Positions 28,852-37,422 of a DNA stretch of 64,000 nt are shown here, piece after piece. The notes below the pieces were generated by a model. The model made no database searches, was not told the DNA's origin, and saw only the letters and a program-made list of their open reading frames with translations. The stretch is from Candidatus Eiseniibacteriota bacterium. Its GTDB lineage: Bacteria > Eisenbacteria > RBG-16-71-46. The position numbers were made by a program, and so were the translations under genes. Numbering within the stretch: position 1 is the first letter of the stretch; every line of letters starts with the position of its first letter. The DNA lies in the NCBI GenBank assembly GCA_963725865.1, contig CAVSAC010000012.1, positions 320,001 through 384,000 of the forward strand, written 5' to 3'.

Positions 28852-31452
28852 TCACGGATTGATGCGAACTCCGAACCGGACCACCGCGGTGGCACCCGGG
28901 GCGAGCGTTCCGACGTCCACCACCACGCTGCCGGTGGCGCCGTTGGCGGGCTCCGCGGTCACCGCGCCCAGCGACGTGAAGGCCGGGATCGCGGCCGAGT
29001 ACACCGTGTTCGCCGGCGTGGCGTCGGTGACCGTCACGTTGGTCACCGAGGTCGAGCCGGTGTTGGTGACCTGGATCTCGTAGCGGATGCACGCGCCCGG
29101 AATCGCGCCGATGGTGAGGTCCGTCTGCACGTAGGCGCCGTCGGGCGTGCCATCACACGCGACGTCGAGCGCCTGCCACTTCTCGAGCAGGAGCTGGCCG
29201 TTGATGATGGTCGTCACGTCGGTGGCCTGCGCCGACGGCGGCGCACCGGTGTACGCGAGGTTGGAGGTGGTCGCGTCCAGCGTGGTCACGTTCACCTGCC
29301 CGAACGGAGCCCCCACCGGAGCCGCCACGCGGACGAACAGCCGCACGGTCTGGCCCGGATTCAGGCCGCCGATCGGCGACAGGTCGGAGAGCGTGGTGTC
29401 GGCCGCGTCGAACGCACCGTTGCCGTTGCGGTCCCAGTACACGGTCGCGTTCCAGCCGGGCTGGCTGTTCGGCGCGGTGAGCGTCACGACGCTGCCCACG
29501 GCGTCGCCTTCGATCACGTTGCCGGTGTTCGAGAGGAAGTGCGTGTACACCCAGAAGCCGCCCGGGATCACCTGCGCGCTGTTGTTCGGCACCAGCGTCA
29601 GGCGGCGCATCGCGTTGACCCCGACCTGGTCGTGGATGCGATCGGCCGCGCCGGTGTTGGGCGAGTGCGCGCGGAAGTACAGGTCGACGTCACCCGCGCC
29701 GAAGCCGGCAGGCACCGCGACGTCGGCGTACACCAGCACCGAGCCGTTCGCCGCCACCGGCACCGCCGCCACGATCGGCGCGTTGGCGCCGTCGCGGAAC
29801 GTCACCGTCCAACCGGCCGGCAGCGACAGCGACGCGAACGACGGATCGGTGCTGCTCGTCAGGTTGTAGAGGTCCGGCTGCGAGCTGGTGTTGTTCACGT
29901 ACAGCGTGAACCGCACGGTGGCGCCCGGCGAGGTGGTGTCACGCACCACGTACGCCAGCTCCGGACCGGGGCCGGCGCCGAGGCCGCCCGGCAGCGGCGC
30001 GTTGTTCGTGAGATCGACCGAGTTGGCGGTGATCGCCGTCAGGATGTCGGTGGCGGTCGCCTGGACGGTCGGGTTCGACGCGCTGGTCGCGGTCTTCTGC
30101 ACCTGGAACGGACCACCGGTCGCGTTCGCGGGCAGCAGCACCTGGAGCACGACGGTGTACGACGCACCGGGCCCGAGCGGGCCGGTGTCGGGGATGCCGT
30201 TGAGGTTCGAGTCGGTCAGCACGTTGACGCCGTTGCTCTGGTACAGCGTGACCACCGAGCCGGCCGGGAACGAGTTGGCGCCCCACGTGACGTCGTACGT
30301 GTCGGTGCCGTTGCCGGTGTTGGTGAGCACGTTCGAGAACGTGACCGTGGTGCCCTGCAGCGCCGACGGGACGGTCTGGCCGACGAACGTCAGCGCGGCG
30401 GTCTGGTTCACGACGAACGGCGCGACGTTGGTGAAGAACGGACCCGCCGCGGCGGCGCCGTCGAAGTACGCGAAGCGCGCCGCGTTGTCGATGGTCTGCG
30501 GCACCAGGCCCGAGTTCACCGTGATGTCGAACGTGAGCGACGCGGCGTTGCCCGGGTTCACGCGGCGGAAGATCGCCGTCAGCGTGCGCGAGGGGCCGTC
30601 GAAGATGTAGCGCACCGAGTCGCCCGCGGCGAGCTGCCAGTCGGTCGAGTCGGCGTCGGTGAGCGCGGTGGCGCCCGTCACGCTCCAGCGCGCGGAGCCC
30701 GCGACGTACGTCATGCCGGTCGGCACCACGTCGGTGACGCGCACGTCGGTGGCCGCGCTGTTGCCGTTGTTCTGGTACTGCACGGTGTAGCGCCACGGAC
30801 CCGAAGGCGACGGACCGTTGGGCTGGTTGATGCTCTTCGTCATCGCCATCACAGCATTGCCGGTCACGTTCACCCGGTCGGTGTTGAACGCCGTCTGCAG
30901 CGCGTCGAACGTGCTGGTCGCGGTGATGCGCAGCTGCGCGAACTGGCCGCCCACCTGGACGCCCGACACGTTGCCGACCACGACGAAGCGGAACGTCCCG
31001 CCCGCCGCGACCACGCCGGTGTTGGTGATCGCCGTGCCGTTGTCGGGCACGCCGTTGCCGTCGGCATCGACGTAGATCGCGAGACCCGACAGGTCGAAGT
31101 CGTCGCCCACCTGGTTGGCCAGCACCAGCGAGAGCGAATCGACGCCGTTGCCGGTATTGGTGATGACGTGCGGGAACACGACCTGCGTGCCCGGGGCCGC
31201 CGGCAGCGTCTGGCTGCTCACCAGCGTGAAGCTCGCCACCTGCTGCACGTACGTGGTGACGAAGTTCGAGGACACGGAACGCAGCGTGGAGGTGGCGTCC
31301 AGGTACGTGGCGGTGGCCTGATTGCCGATCGGCGTGCCGGCGGGCGGCGCGGCGTTCGCGGCCGGGGCCGCGAAGCCGAGCACGACGGTCGCGAGCAGCA
31401 GGCTCCCGGCCGCGATCCGGCGGATGGTCGAGAGGGACTTCACGGCGTTCAT
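28852..31452 (-). CDS. Secreted multi-Ig DUF11 protein (866 aa); putative major fibre subunit
   Basis: GGAG RBS; signal peptide ending AANA; mature N-terminus APPAGTPIGNQATATY; tandem Ig modules (PG..V.F.H..TNTGN..D); Thr/Asn/Val-rich; ends LLLEK...VTDATP...VRFGVRINP. Confidence 0.88.
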   Translation of the reverse strand: MNAVKSLSTIRRIAAGSLLLATVVLGFAAPAANAAPPAGTPIGNQATATYLDATSTLRSVSSNFVTTYVQQVASFTLVSSQTLPAAPGTQVVFPHVITNTGNGVDSLSLVLANQVGDDFDLSGLAIYVDADGNGVPDNGTAITNTGVVAAGGTFRFVVVGNVSGVQVGGQFAQLRITATSTFDALQTAFNTDRVNVTGNAVMAMTKSINQPNGPSPSGPWRYTVQYQNNGNSAATDVRVTDVVPTGMTYVAGSARWSVTGATALTDADSTDWQLAAGDSVRYIFDGPSRTLTAIFRRVNPGNAASLTFDITVNSGLVPQTIDNAARFAYFDGAAAAGPFFTNVAPFVVNQTAALTFVGQTVPSALQGTTVTFSNVLTNTGNGTDTYDVTWGANSFPAGSVVTLYQSNGVNVLTDSNLNGIPDTGPLGPGASYTVVLQVLLPANATGGPFQVQKTATSASNPTVQATATDILTAITANSVDLTNNAPLPGGLGAGPGPELAYVVRDTTSPGATVRFTLYVNNTSSQPDLYNLTSSTDPSFASLSLPAGWTVTFRDGANAPIVAAVPVAANGSVLVYADVAVPAGFGAGDVDLYFRAHSPNTGAADRIHDQVGVNAMRRLTLVPNNSAQVIPGGFWVYTHFLSNTGNVIEGDAVGSVVTLTAPNSQPGWNATVYWDRNGNGAFDAADTTLSDLSPIGGLNPGQTVRLFVRVAAPVGAPFGQVNVTTLDATTSNLAYTGAPPSAQATDVTTIINGQLLLEKWQALDVACDGTPDGAYVQTDLTIGAIPGACIRYEIQVTNTGSTSVTNVTVTDATPANTVYSAAIPAFTSLGAVTAEPANGATGSVVVDVGTLAPGATAVVRFGVRINP

Positions 31453-31615
31453 GTGCACACTCCGAGGGTGGTGAGGTTCGGGCGAAGGTCGGGCCTGACC
31501 GCGGGCGGGTCGCGCGAGGGACGGCCGCGGGCGCACCGGCAGGGGCCGGGCGCGCGACGGCGCGGAGCACTCGCGGCGCGGGCCGCGACGCGGAGATCAG
31601 CCGTGGATCAACCGA

Positions 31616-32122
31616 TCAGTGCGTCGCAGCAGCCACCGGCACGGCCTGCACGCGCATGCGCGCGCTCACCGTGCGAGTGGATTTGGCCGCCAGCGTTCCC
31701 AGCGTCCAGCGCAGGTAGCGGTACTCCGCCAGCGGCACCGCACGCACGACCTCGCGACCGTCCGCCTGCTTCACGCGCCGCGTGAGCGGGACCGCCGCGA
31801 ACGTGCGGCCGTCGAGACTCGCCTCGAGCTTCGCCGGCCGAGCGGTCCGTCCGACGAACTCCATGCCCGCCGGGACCGGAAGCGTCGCCAGCATCTGGCG
31901 CGCCGGCTGGTCACCCGCGTTGGAGTAGGTGGCGCGGTACTCGACGAGATCGCCGGGCTTGATCTGGGCCGCGGGCGAGAGCGTCTCCTTGCCGTTGGTC
32001 ACGGACACGCGCTGGGCGGCCAGCGTCACCGTGACGTCGCCCCCGGCGCGGGCCGCCGCCGGCGCGATCAGCACCAGCGCGAGCACCGCCGTCGCGAGCG
32101 GGCGTGGGAACGAGCGAGCCAT
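31616..32122 (-). CDS. Small secreted DUF11-like protein (168 aa); putative chaperone/cap
   Basis: GGAGG RBS; signal peptide; KPGDLVEYRATYSNAG..LPVPAGMEFV..LRWTLGTLAA..VSARMRV single incomplete Ig domain. Confidence 0.82.
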   Translation of the reverse strand: MARSFPRPLATAVLALVLIAPAAARAGGDVTVTLAAQRVSVTNGKETLSPAAQIKPGDLVEYRATYSNAGDQPARQMLATLPVPAGMEFVGRTARPAKLEASLDGRTFAAVPLTRRVKQADGREVVRAVPLAEYRYLRWTLGTLAAKSTRTVSARMRVQAVPVAAATH

Positions 32123-32312
32123 CGTGGAACCTCCCTGGTGGATACGCAGCACGAACGTCGGAGGCCCGGGGCACGCGAACGCGTGCGATCGAGCCGCCTT
32201 CCCTGGCGAGGCACCACGAATTCACTCGTCGTCGAGCGCGATGGGATCGGTCACCAGGTTCTCAAGCTCGAGGGGCCGAACGTCGGGAGCCAGGTGCCTG
32301 CCATGGGAGAGG

Positions 32313-32340
32313 TCATCGGCGGGTGGGGGACCCGGGTTTA
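32313..32340 (-). promoter_or_regulatory. Putative sigma-28 (FliA/SigD/WhiG-type) promoter
   Basis: Minus strand reads TAAA-N16-GCCGATGA, about 190 nt upstream of the first operon ATG. Confidence 0.6.
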
Positions 32341-32351
32341 GCCGGGATTCT

Positions 32352-32372
32352 CGCGGGGCGGGGTGCCCCGCG
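32352..32372 (-). terminator. Hairpin downstream of uup
   Basis: CGCGGGGC-GGGGT-GCCCCGCG, about 9 nt after the stop at 32381. Confidence 0.4.
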
Positions 32373-32380
32373 GCGCCGGC

Positions 32381-34177
32381 TCAGCCGCCGTCGCCGCTCG
32401 CCAGGGCTTCCAGCTCCTGCCAGCGCGCGTAGGCGGCGTGGATCTCGGCCTCGAGGGCCCCGAGGCGCGCGCGCATCCGGGCCACCTCGTCGCCGGGCGT
32501 GGTGTAGAAGTCCGGCGCCGCCATGCGCTCGAACAGCGCCTGCCGCTCGGCTTCGACGCGCTCGATCAGGCCCGGGAGCTCGGCCAGCTCGCGCTTCTCC
32601 TTGAAGCCGATGCGCCGCGGGCGCTCGGCCGCCCGCTCCGGCTTTGGCCGCGCCGGCCGGGCGGCCGGTGGCGGCTCGTCCGCCCGCCGCTGCCGCAGCC
32701 AGTCCTGGTAGCCGCCCACGTACTCGCGCCACTGGCCGTCGCCCTCGAAGACGATCGTCGACGTGACGACGTTGTCGAGGAACGTCCGGTCGTGCGAGAC
32801 CACCAGCAGCGTGCCCTGGAACTCGAGCAGCAGGTCCTCGAGCAGCTCGAGCGTCTCCAGGTCGAGGTCGTTGGTCGGCTCGTCGAGCACCAGCAGGTTG
32901 CACGGCCGCGACAGGATCTTCGCCAGCTGCAGCCGCCGACGCTCGCCGCCCGACAGCTTGGTGACCGGCCCCTGCATCTGCTCCGGCGTGAACAGGAAGT
33001 CGCGCAGGTAGCCGACCACGTGGCGCTCGCCGGCGCCGACCGCGATCATATCGCGCCCCTCGGAGATGTTCTCGATCACCGTGCGGGATTCGTCGAGCAC
33101 GTCGTGGAGCTGCTCGAAGTGCGCGATCTCGAGCCGGGTACCCGCGGTGACCGAGCCGTGCTGGGGCGCGACCCGGCCGAGCAGCAGGTCGATGAGCGTG
33201 GTCTTGCCGCAGCCATTGGGGCCGAGGATGCCGATGCGGTCGCCACGCGCGATCCGGGTGCTGAACCCATGCACGATCGGCGGGCCCCCGAATCCGAATC
33301 CCACGTTCTCGCAGCGCAGCACGATGCGGCCGGAGCGCTCGGCCTCCTGGAGCTGCGCCTTCACGCGCCCCACCTCGTCGCGGCGCGCGCGCCGCTCCAC
33401 CCGCAGCGCCTCGAGCGCCCGCACCCGGCCCTCGTTGCGGGTGCGGCGCGCCTTGATGCCGCGGCGCACCCACGCCTCTTCCTGCGCCAGTTTCTTGTCG
33501 AACAACGCGTCCTGGTCGGCCTCGACGCGCAACTCGTCCTCGCGCAGCTCGAGGTACGCGTCGTAGCCGGCGCGGTAGCTGCGCAGCGCGCCGCGGTCCA
33601 GGTCGAGGATGCGGGTGGCGAGCGTGCGCAGGAAGCTGCGGTCGTGGGTGACGAACACCAGCGTCCCGCGCCGGCGCTGCAGCGCCGCTTCGAGGCGTTC
33701 GATCGCGTCGATGTCGAGGTGGTTGGTCGGCTCGTCGAGGATCAGCAGGTCCGGATCGCGCACCAGCGCGGCCGCCAGCAGCACGCGACGCTTCGAGCCT
33801 GCGGACAGCGTCTCGATGGCGGCGTCGAGGTCGAGCGTCAGGTCGTGCACGGCCTGGTCGATGCGGGTTTCGATCTCCCACGAGGTGTCGCTGCGGGTCG
33901 CGCCGCAGACCTCGTGCAGGTACGCGCGCACGCTGCCGGAGAGATCCAGCGGCACGTCCTGCTGCAGGCTCGCCACGCGCAGGTTCGGCTGGCGCGCGAC
34001 CTCGCCCGCGTCGGGGGCGAGCGTGCCCTCGAGGATCCGCAGCAGCGTCGACTTGCCCGCGCCGTTGCGGCCCAGCAGCCCCAGCCGCTCGCCGTCGTCG
34101 ATCTGCAGGCTCACGCGGTCGAGCAGCGGCGGGCCGGCGAACGCGAGGCTCACGCTGTTGAGGCTGATCAACGCCAT
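32381..34177 (-). CDS. uup: ABC-F family ATPase Uup
   Basis: Two ABC domains (GRNGAGKST and GPNGCGKTT; DEPTNHLD and DEPTNDLD), GIKARRTRNEGRVRAL linker, C-terminal coiled coil ending YARWQELE. Confidence 0.93.
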   Translation of the reverse strand: MALISLNSVSLAFAGPPLLDRVSLQIDDGERLGLLGRNGAGKSTLLRILEGTLAPDAGEVARQPNLRVASLQQDVPLDLSGSVRAYLHEVCGATRSDTSWEIETRIDQAVHDLTLDLDAAIETLSAGSKRRVLLAAALVRDPDLLILDEPTNHLDIDAIERLEAALQRRRGTLVFVTHDRSFLRTLATRILDLDRGALRSYRAGYDAYLELREDELRVEADQDALFDKKLAQEEAWVRRGIKARRTRNEGRVRALEALRVERRARRDEVGRVKAQLQEAERSGRIVLRCENVGFGFGGPPIVHGFSTRIARGDRIGILGPNGCGKTTLIDLLLGRVAPQHGSVTAGTRLEIAHFEQLHDVLDESRTVIENISEGRDMIAVGAGERHVVGYLRDFLFTPEQMQGPVTKLSGGERRRLQLAKILSRPCNLLVLDEPTNDLDLETLELLEDLLLEFQGTLLVVSHDRTFLDNVVTSTIVFEGDGQWREYVGGYQDWLRQRRADEPPPAARPARPKPERAAERPRRIGFKEKRELAELPGLIERVEAERQALFERMAAPDFYTTPGDEVARMRARLGALEAEIHAAYARWQELEALASGDGG

Positions 34178-34350
34178 GGCTGCACGATCTCCGAGAGTGA
34201 AGGGCGGACCGGATCGCTGCGCGCGACCCGATGCACCCACCGGTCCGCCCACCCGCGAGCGAGCGGGTGGGAGATTGTGCCAGAAGCTGGCATCCTGCGC
34301 CGACTCACCCGTCCCGCACCCGCTCGGCCCCATCGACCCCGAGGCTCGCC

Positions 34351-34893
34351 CTGGCCCTCAACGCCACCATCCACCAGTTCGCCGTGCAGCTCTCCCACGT
34401 GGACCGCGGCGTGTACGAGGCGCTCGAGCTGCGGCTCGCGCGGCATCCGTCCGAGAGCGAGGAGTTCCTGTGCGCGCGGCTGCTCGCGTTCTGCCTCGAG
34501 CAGCGGGAGGGACTCGCGTTCACGAAGGGACTCGCCGAGCCCGACCAGCCCGCGCTCGAGGTGCGCGACCTGACCGGCGCGCTGCAGGCGTGGATCGACG
34601 TCGGCGCGCCCGACGCTGCGCGCCTCCACCGTGCGAGCAAGGCGGCGCCGCGCGTGGCGGTCTACACGCATCACGACGCCGCGCGCTACTGGGCCTCGCT
34701 CGCGGGCGTGCGCATCCACCGCGCAGACGCGCTCGAGCTGTATGGGCTCGACCGCGCGCTGGTGGCTGCACTGGTCGCGCGGCTGGCGCGGCGCATGGCG
34801 TTCGACCTGACGGTGACCGCCGGCACCCTCTACCTGACGCTCGGCGACGAACTGCTGAGCGGCGCGGTGACCGCGCACCGCCTGGCGGGCTGA
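34351..34893 (+). CDS. yaeQ: YaeQ family protein (apparent CTG start)
   Basis: (L)ALNATIH..VDRGVYE..LARHPSES.E...RLLAF..GL..PD.P..WIDVGAPD..RL.RASK. Confidence 0.88.
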   Translation: MALNATIHQFAVQLSHVDRGVYEALELRLARHPSESEEFLCARLLAFCLEQREGLAFTKGLAEPDQPALEVRDLTGALQAWIDVGAPDAARLHRASKAAPRVAVYTHHDAARYWASLAGVRIHRADALELYGLDRALVAALVARLARRMAFDLTVTAGTLYLTLGDELLSGAVTAHRLAG

Positions 34894-35041
34894 GCGCAGG
34901 GCGCCCGCCGCGCGCCGAGTGCCGGCGCAATCACGACCATCACGGCCGAGCGGAGCCGCCCCCGGCAGGCTTCGGGGCGGCGCATCGCGGTCGGGGTCGA
35001 TCGTTGGCCTGGGGCGCGTCGTTCCACTAGCCTTCGCGGCC

Positions 35042-36411
35042 ATGACCGACCACCGGGTGGCGATCGTGGGCGCCGGCGCCGCCGGCCTGACCGCCGCGAT
35101 CCGCGCCGCCGAGGCGGGCGCGCGCGTGACGCTGCTGAACGCGCACCCCAAGGTGGGCCTCAAGATCCTGATGAGCGGTGGCACCCGCTGCAACGTCACG
35201 CACCGCGAGGTCAGCGAGCGCGACTTCAACGGTGGCTCGCGCCACGTGATCGCGCGCCTGCTGCGCGCGTTCGGCGTCGAGCAGACGCGGGCGTGGTTCG
35301 AGTCGCTGGGCGTGGAACTGAAGCTCGAGGAGACCGGCAAGTACTTTCCGGTCACCGACGACGCGCAGACCGTGCTCGACGCGCTGCTCGCGGCATGCGA
35401 GCGCGCGGGCGTCACGCTGCGCGCCGGCGCGCGCGTGGTGCGGCTGGAGCGCGCGGCGAGCGCGGGTGCAGGCCCGGCGAGTGCCGGCCGCGCGAGGACG
35501 CGGTGGGCGAGCGCGCGGCGGTGGCGGGCCCGTGGCGCCTCGGCATCCAGCGAGTCGCGGACAGCGCAGCGTTCAGCGCCGAAGTGCGCGCACCGGGAAC
35601 CACGGCGTGGCCGCTGCCCGCCGCGCCGCCCGACGAGTGGCTCGAGGCCGACGCCGTGGTGCTGGCGAGCGGCGGGCTCTCGTTCCCGCGCACTGGCAGC
35701 GACGGCACCGGCTACGCGCTCGTCACGGCACTCGGCCACACGCTGACGCCGCCGGTGCCCGCGCTCACGCCGCTCACCGCCGACGATCCGCTGTGCGAGC
35801 ACGCGCAGGGCATCACGTGCGAGGCCGCCCTCACGCTGCGCACCGCCGAGGCGCGCGCGCTGGTGGTGAGCGGTTCGCTGCTCGTCACCCACTTCGGCTA
35901 CTCCGGGCCGGCCGCGCTCGACCTGTCGCGCCACTGGCTGCGCGCCGAGGAGCCGCGCATCGTGACCGCGAGCTTCATGCCGGGCGAGACGCGCGAGTCG
36001 CTGCAGGCGTTCTGGAAGCGGATGGCGCGCGAGATGCCGCGCATGGGCGCGAAGCGCTTCCTGGCGCATCGCATCCCCGAGCGACTCGCCGAGCTGCTGT
36101 GCGAGGAGGTGGAGGTGGAGCCCGCCTATCCGGTGGCGCAGGTGGACCGCCTGCACCGCGACGCGCTGGTCGCGCGCGTGATCGCGCGGCCCATGCGCGT
36201 GACCGGCACGCTCGGCTACGAGAAGGCCGAGGTCACCGCGGGCGGCGTGCCGCTCGCCGAGGTCGACCCGTCGACGCTCGAGTCTCGGGTGGCGCGCGGA
36301 CTCTATCTGTGCGGCGAGGTACTGGACGTGGAGGGGAGGCTGGGCGGGTTCAACTTCCAGTGGGCATGGTCGAGCGGGACGGTCGCCGGGAGAGCGGCGG
36401 CGGCGCGCTGA
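35042..36411 (+). CDS. HI0933/BaiN family NAD(P)/FAD-dependent oxidoreductase (frameshift at about 35460-35500)
   Basis: IVGAGAAG and KILMSGGTRCNVT in one frame; LASGGLSFPRTGSDG, LVTHFGYSGP, VTAGGV and GEVLDVEGRLGGFNFQ.AWSSG in another. Confidence 0.88.
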
Positions 36412-36878
36412 AGGCGGGGGCACCGGCCCCTTGCCATTGGCCGGCTATACGGAGTCGCCGGTGCCGAGGCCCTGGCGCGAGCGCGTGCCTACGGGGAGCC
36501 AGGCCATGCCGCGGTAGGAATCCGCCACCACCCAGGCGGCGGCCGTCAGCACCCAGGAGTCGACGAACTCGTTCCATTGGTCGGCGTCGGGGCCGGCCAC
36601 GAGGACCGGTACCCACACCAGCAGCGTGAACAGGCTCAGCTCCACCGCCGACAGCATCGCCGCCAGACGTGCAAACACGCCGCTGACGACCGCGACGCCC
36701 GCCGCGATGAGGGCACCGCCGGTGAAGTACGCCCAGCCGAGATGCCATGGCAGCCGCGCAGGGACCATCGCGACGGTCCGCTCGAGAAAGGTGAAGTGGG
36801 CGATGCCGAATGGGATCAAGCCCAGGCCGAAGAGCACTCTGGCGATCGCCATACCCCGCTCGCCGGTGATGAGGCCCG
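35724..36878 (+). repeat. Left copy of a long direct repeat (3' part of HI0933 gene plus 3' part of DoxX-like gene)
   Basis: 35724-36360 matches 46934-47570; 36349-36425 matches 48924-49000; 36711-36878 matches 48993-49160. Confidence 0.92.
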
Positions 36879-37308
36879 GCCGGCGGCCGTCTCGGTCACC
36901 GGCGAACCAGACCACGAGAACCCAGGCGCCCGCCATCATCACCGCGATTTCGCCGCATGCCCACCACATACCCGAAGACGTGGGAGCGCGAACGATGAGA
37001 GGCACCCGAAACAGCAGCATCCAGAGGGCGAGGTAGGTGAGAAGTACGTGGGAGGCGACCGCGGCTGCGCGTCTCCAGAGCAGACCGATGCCGGATCCCA
37101 GAGAGATGGCGGCGCAGAGATACGCGAGTGCCGCTCGCGCGGGCAGGTCCTTGGGAACTCCCGTCCAGATCGGGACGAAACCTCCCTTGATCAGGCCCAT
37201 GATCCCCAGCGCGATCATCGTCGCGGCGAAGACGGCATGGCTGAAGCTGGCGATGTGTATCGCCCTTGCTCCGGTGCCGTTCTGTTTCATCGGTCCGGTT
37301 GGCTGCAT
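36445..37308 (-). CDS. DoxX-like membrane protein (two repeats)
   Basis: Multiple TMs; [34 protein letters not shown]. Start 37308 or 37290. Confidence 0.8.
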   Translation of the reverse strand: MQPTGPMKQNGTGARAIHIASFSHAVFAATMIALGIMGLIKGGFVPIWTGVPKDLPARAALAYLCAAISLGSGIGLLWRRAAAVASHVLLTYLALWMLLFRVPLIVRAPTSSGMWWACGEIAVMMAGAWVLVVWFAGDRDGRRPGLITGERGMAIARVLFGLGLIPFGIAHFTFLERTVAMVPARLPWHLGWAYFTGGALIAAGVAVVSGVFARLAAMLSAVELSLFTLLVWVPVLVAGPDADQWNEFVDSWVLTAAAWVVADSYRGMAWLPVGTRSRQGLGTGDSV

Positions 37309-37370
37309 TTCAGTCCGTGGCCAGGCCCGCCGGGTCTCTCGAGTACCAGTGCCGACACAGCCCCTTCGAC

Positions 37371-37400
37371 GGGCGCGGCCCCGTTACCGAAGCCGCGCCC
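37371..37400 (-). terminator. Hairpin downstream of the DUF1579 gene
   Basis: GGGCGCGGC...GCCGCGCCC inverted repeat just after the stop at 37423. Confidence 0.4.
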
Positions 37401-37422
37401 ACGTCGGTGCCGAGGCTCGCGA

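Noticed and set aside
28680..28895. Upstream extension of the barrel ORF to 28895
   Set aside because: It overlaps the shaft gene's end and the hairpin; a later start (28679 or further downstream) fits the signal peptide better.
17651..31785. Very long alternative-frame and antisense ORFs (e.g. 23497-27540, 25605-28757, 28504-31785, and also 51369-56057)
   Set aside because: Arg/Ala/Gly-rich shadow frames of real genes, caused by stop-codon scarcity at high GC; no motifs.
17956..32122. Sortase-assembled Gram-positive pilus or classical chaperone-usher locus
   Set aside because: No LPXTG/TM tails and no sortase; no recognisable PapC/PapD motifs; subunits are multi-domain DUF11 proteins.
32123..32312. 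c-di-GMP or other riboswitch in the fibre operon leader
   Set aside because: No recognisable GEMM or other aptamer consensus by eye; an Infernal/Rfam scan would be decisive.
34248..34271. Hairpin CCCACCCGC..GCGGGTGGG and a similar one near 56413-56435 as a REP family
   Set aside because: Only two loosely similar copies; expected by chance at this GC content.
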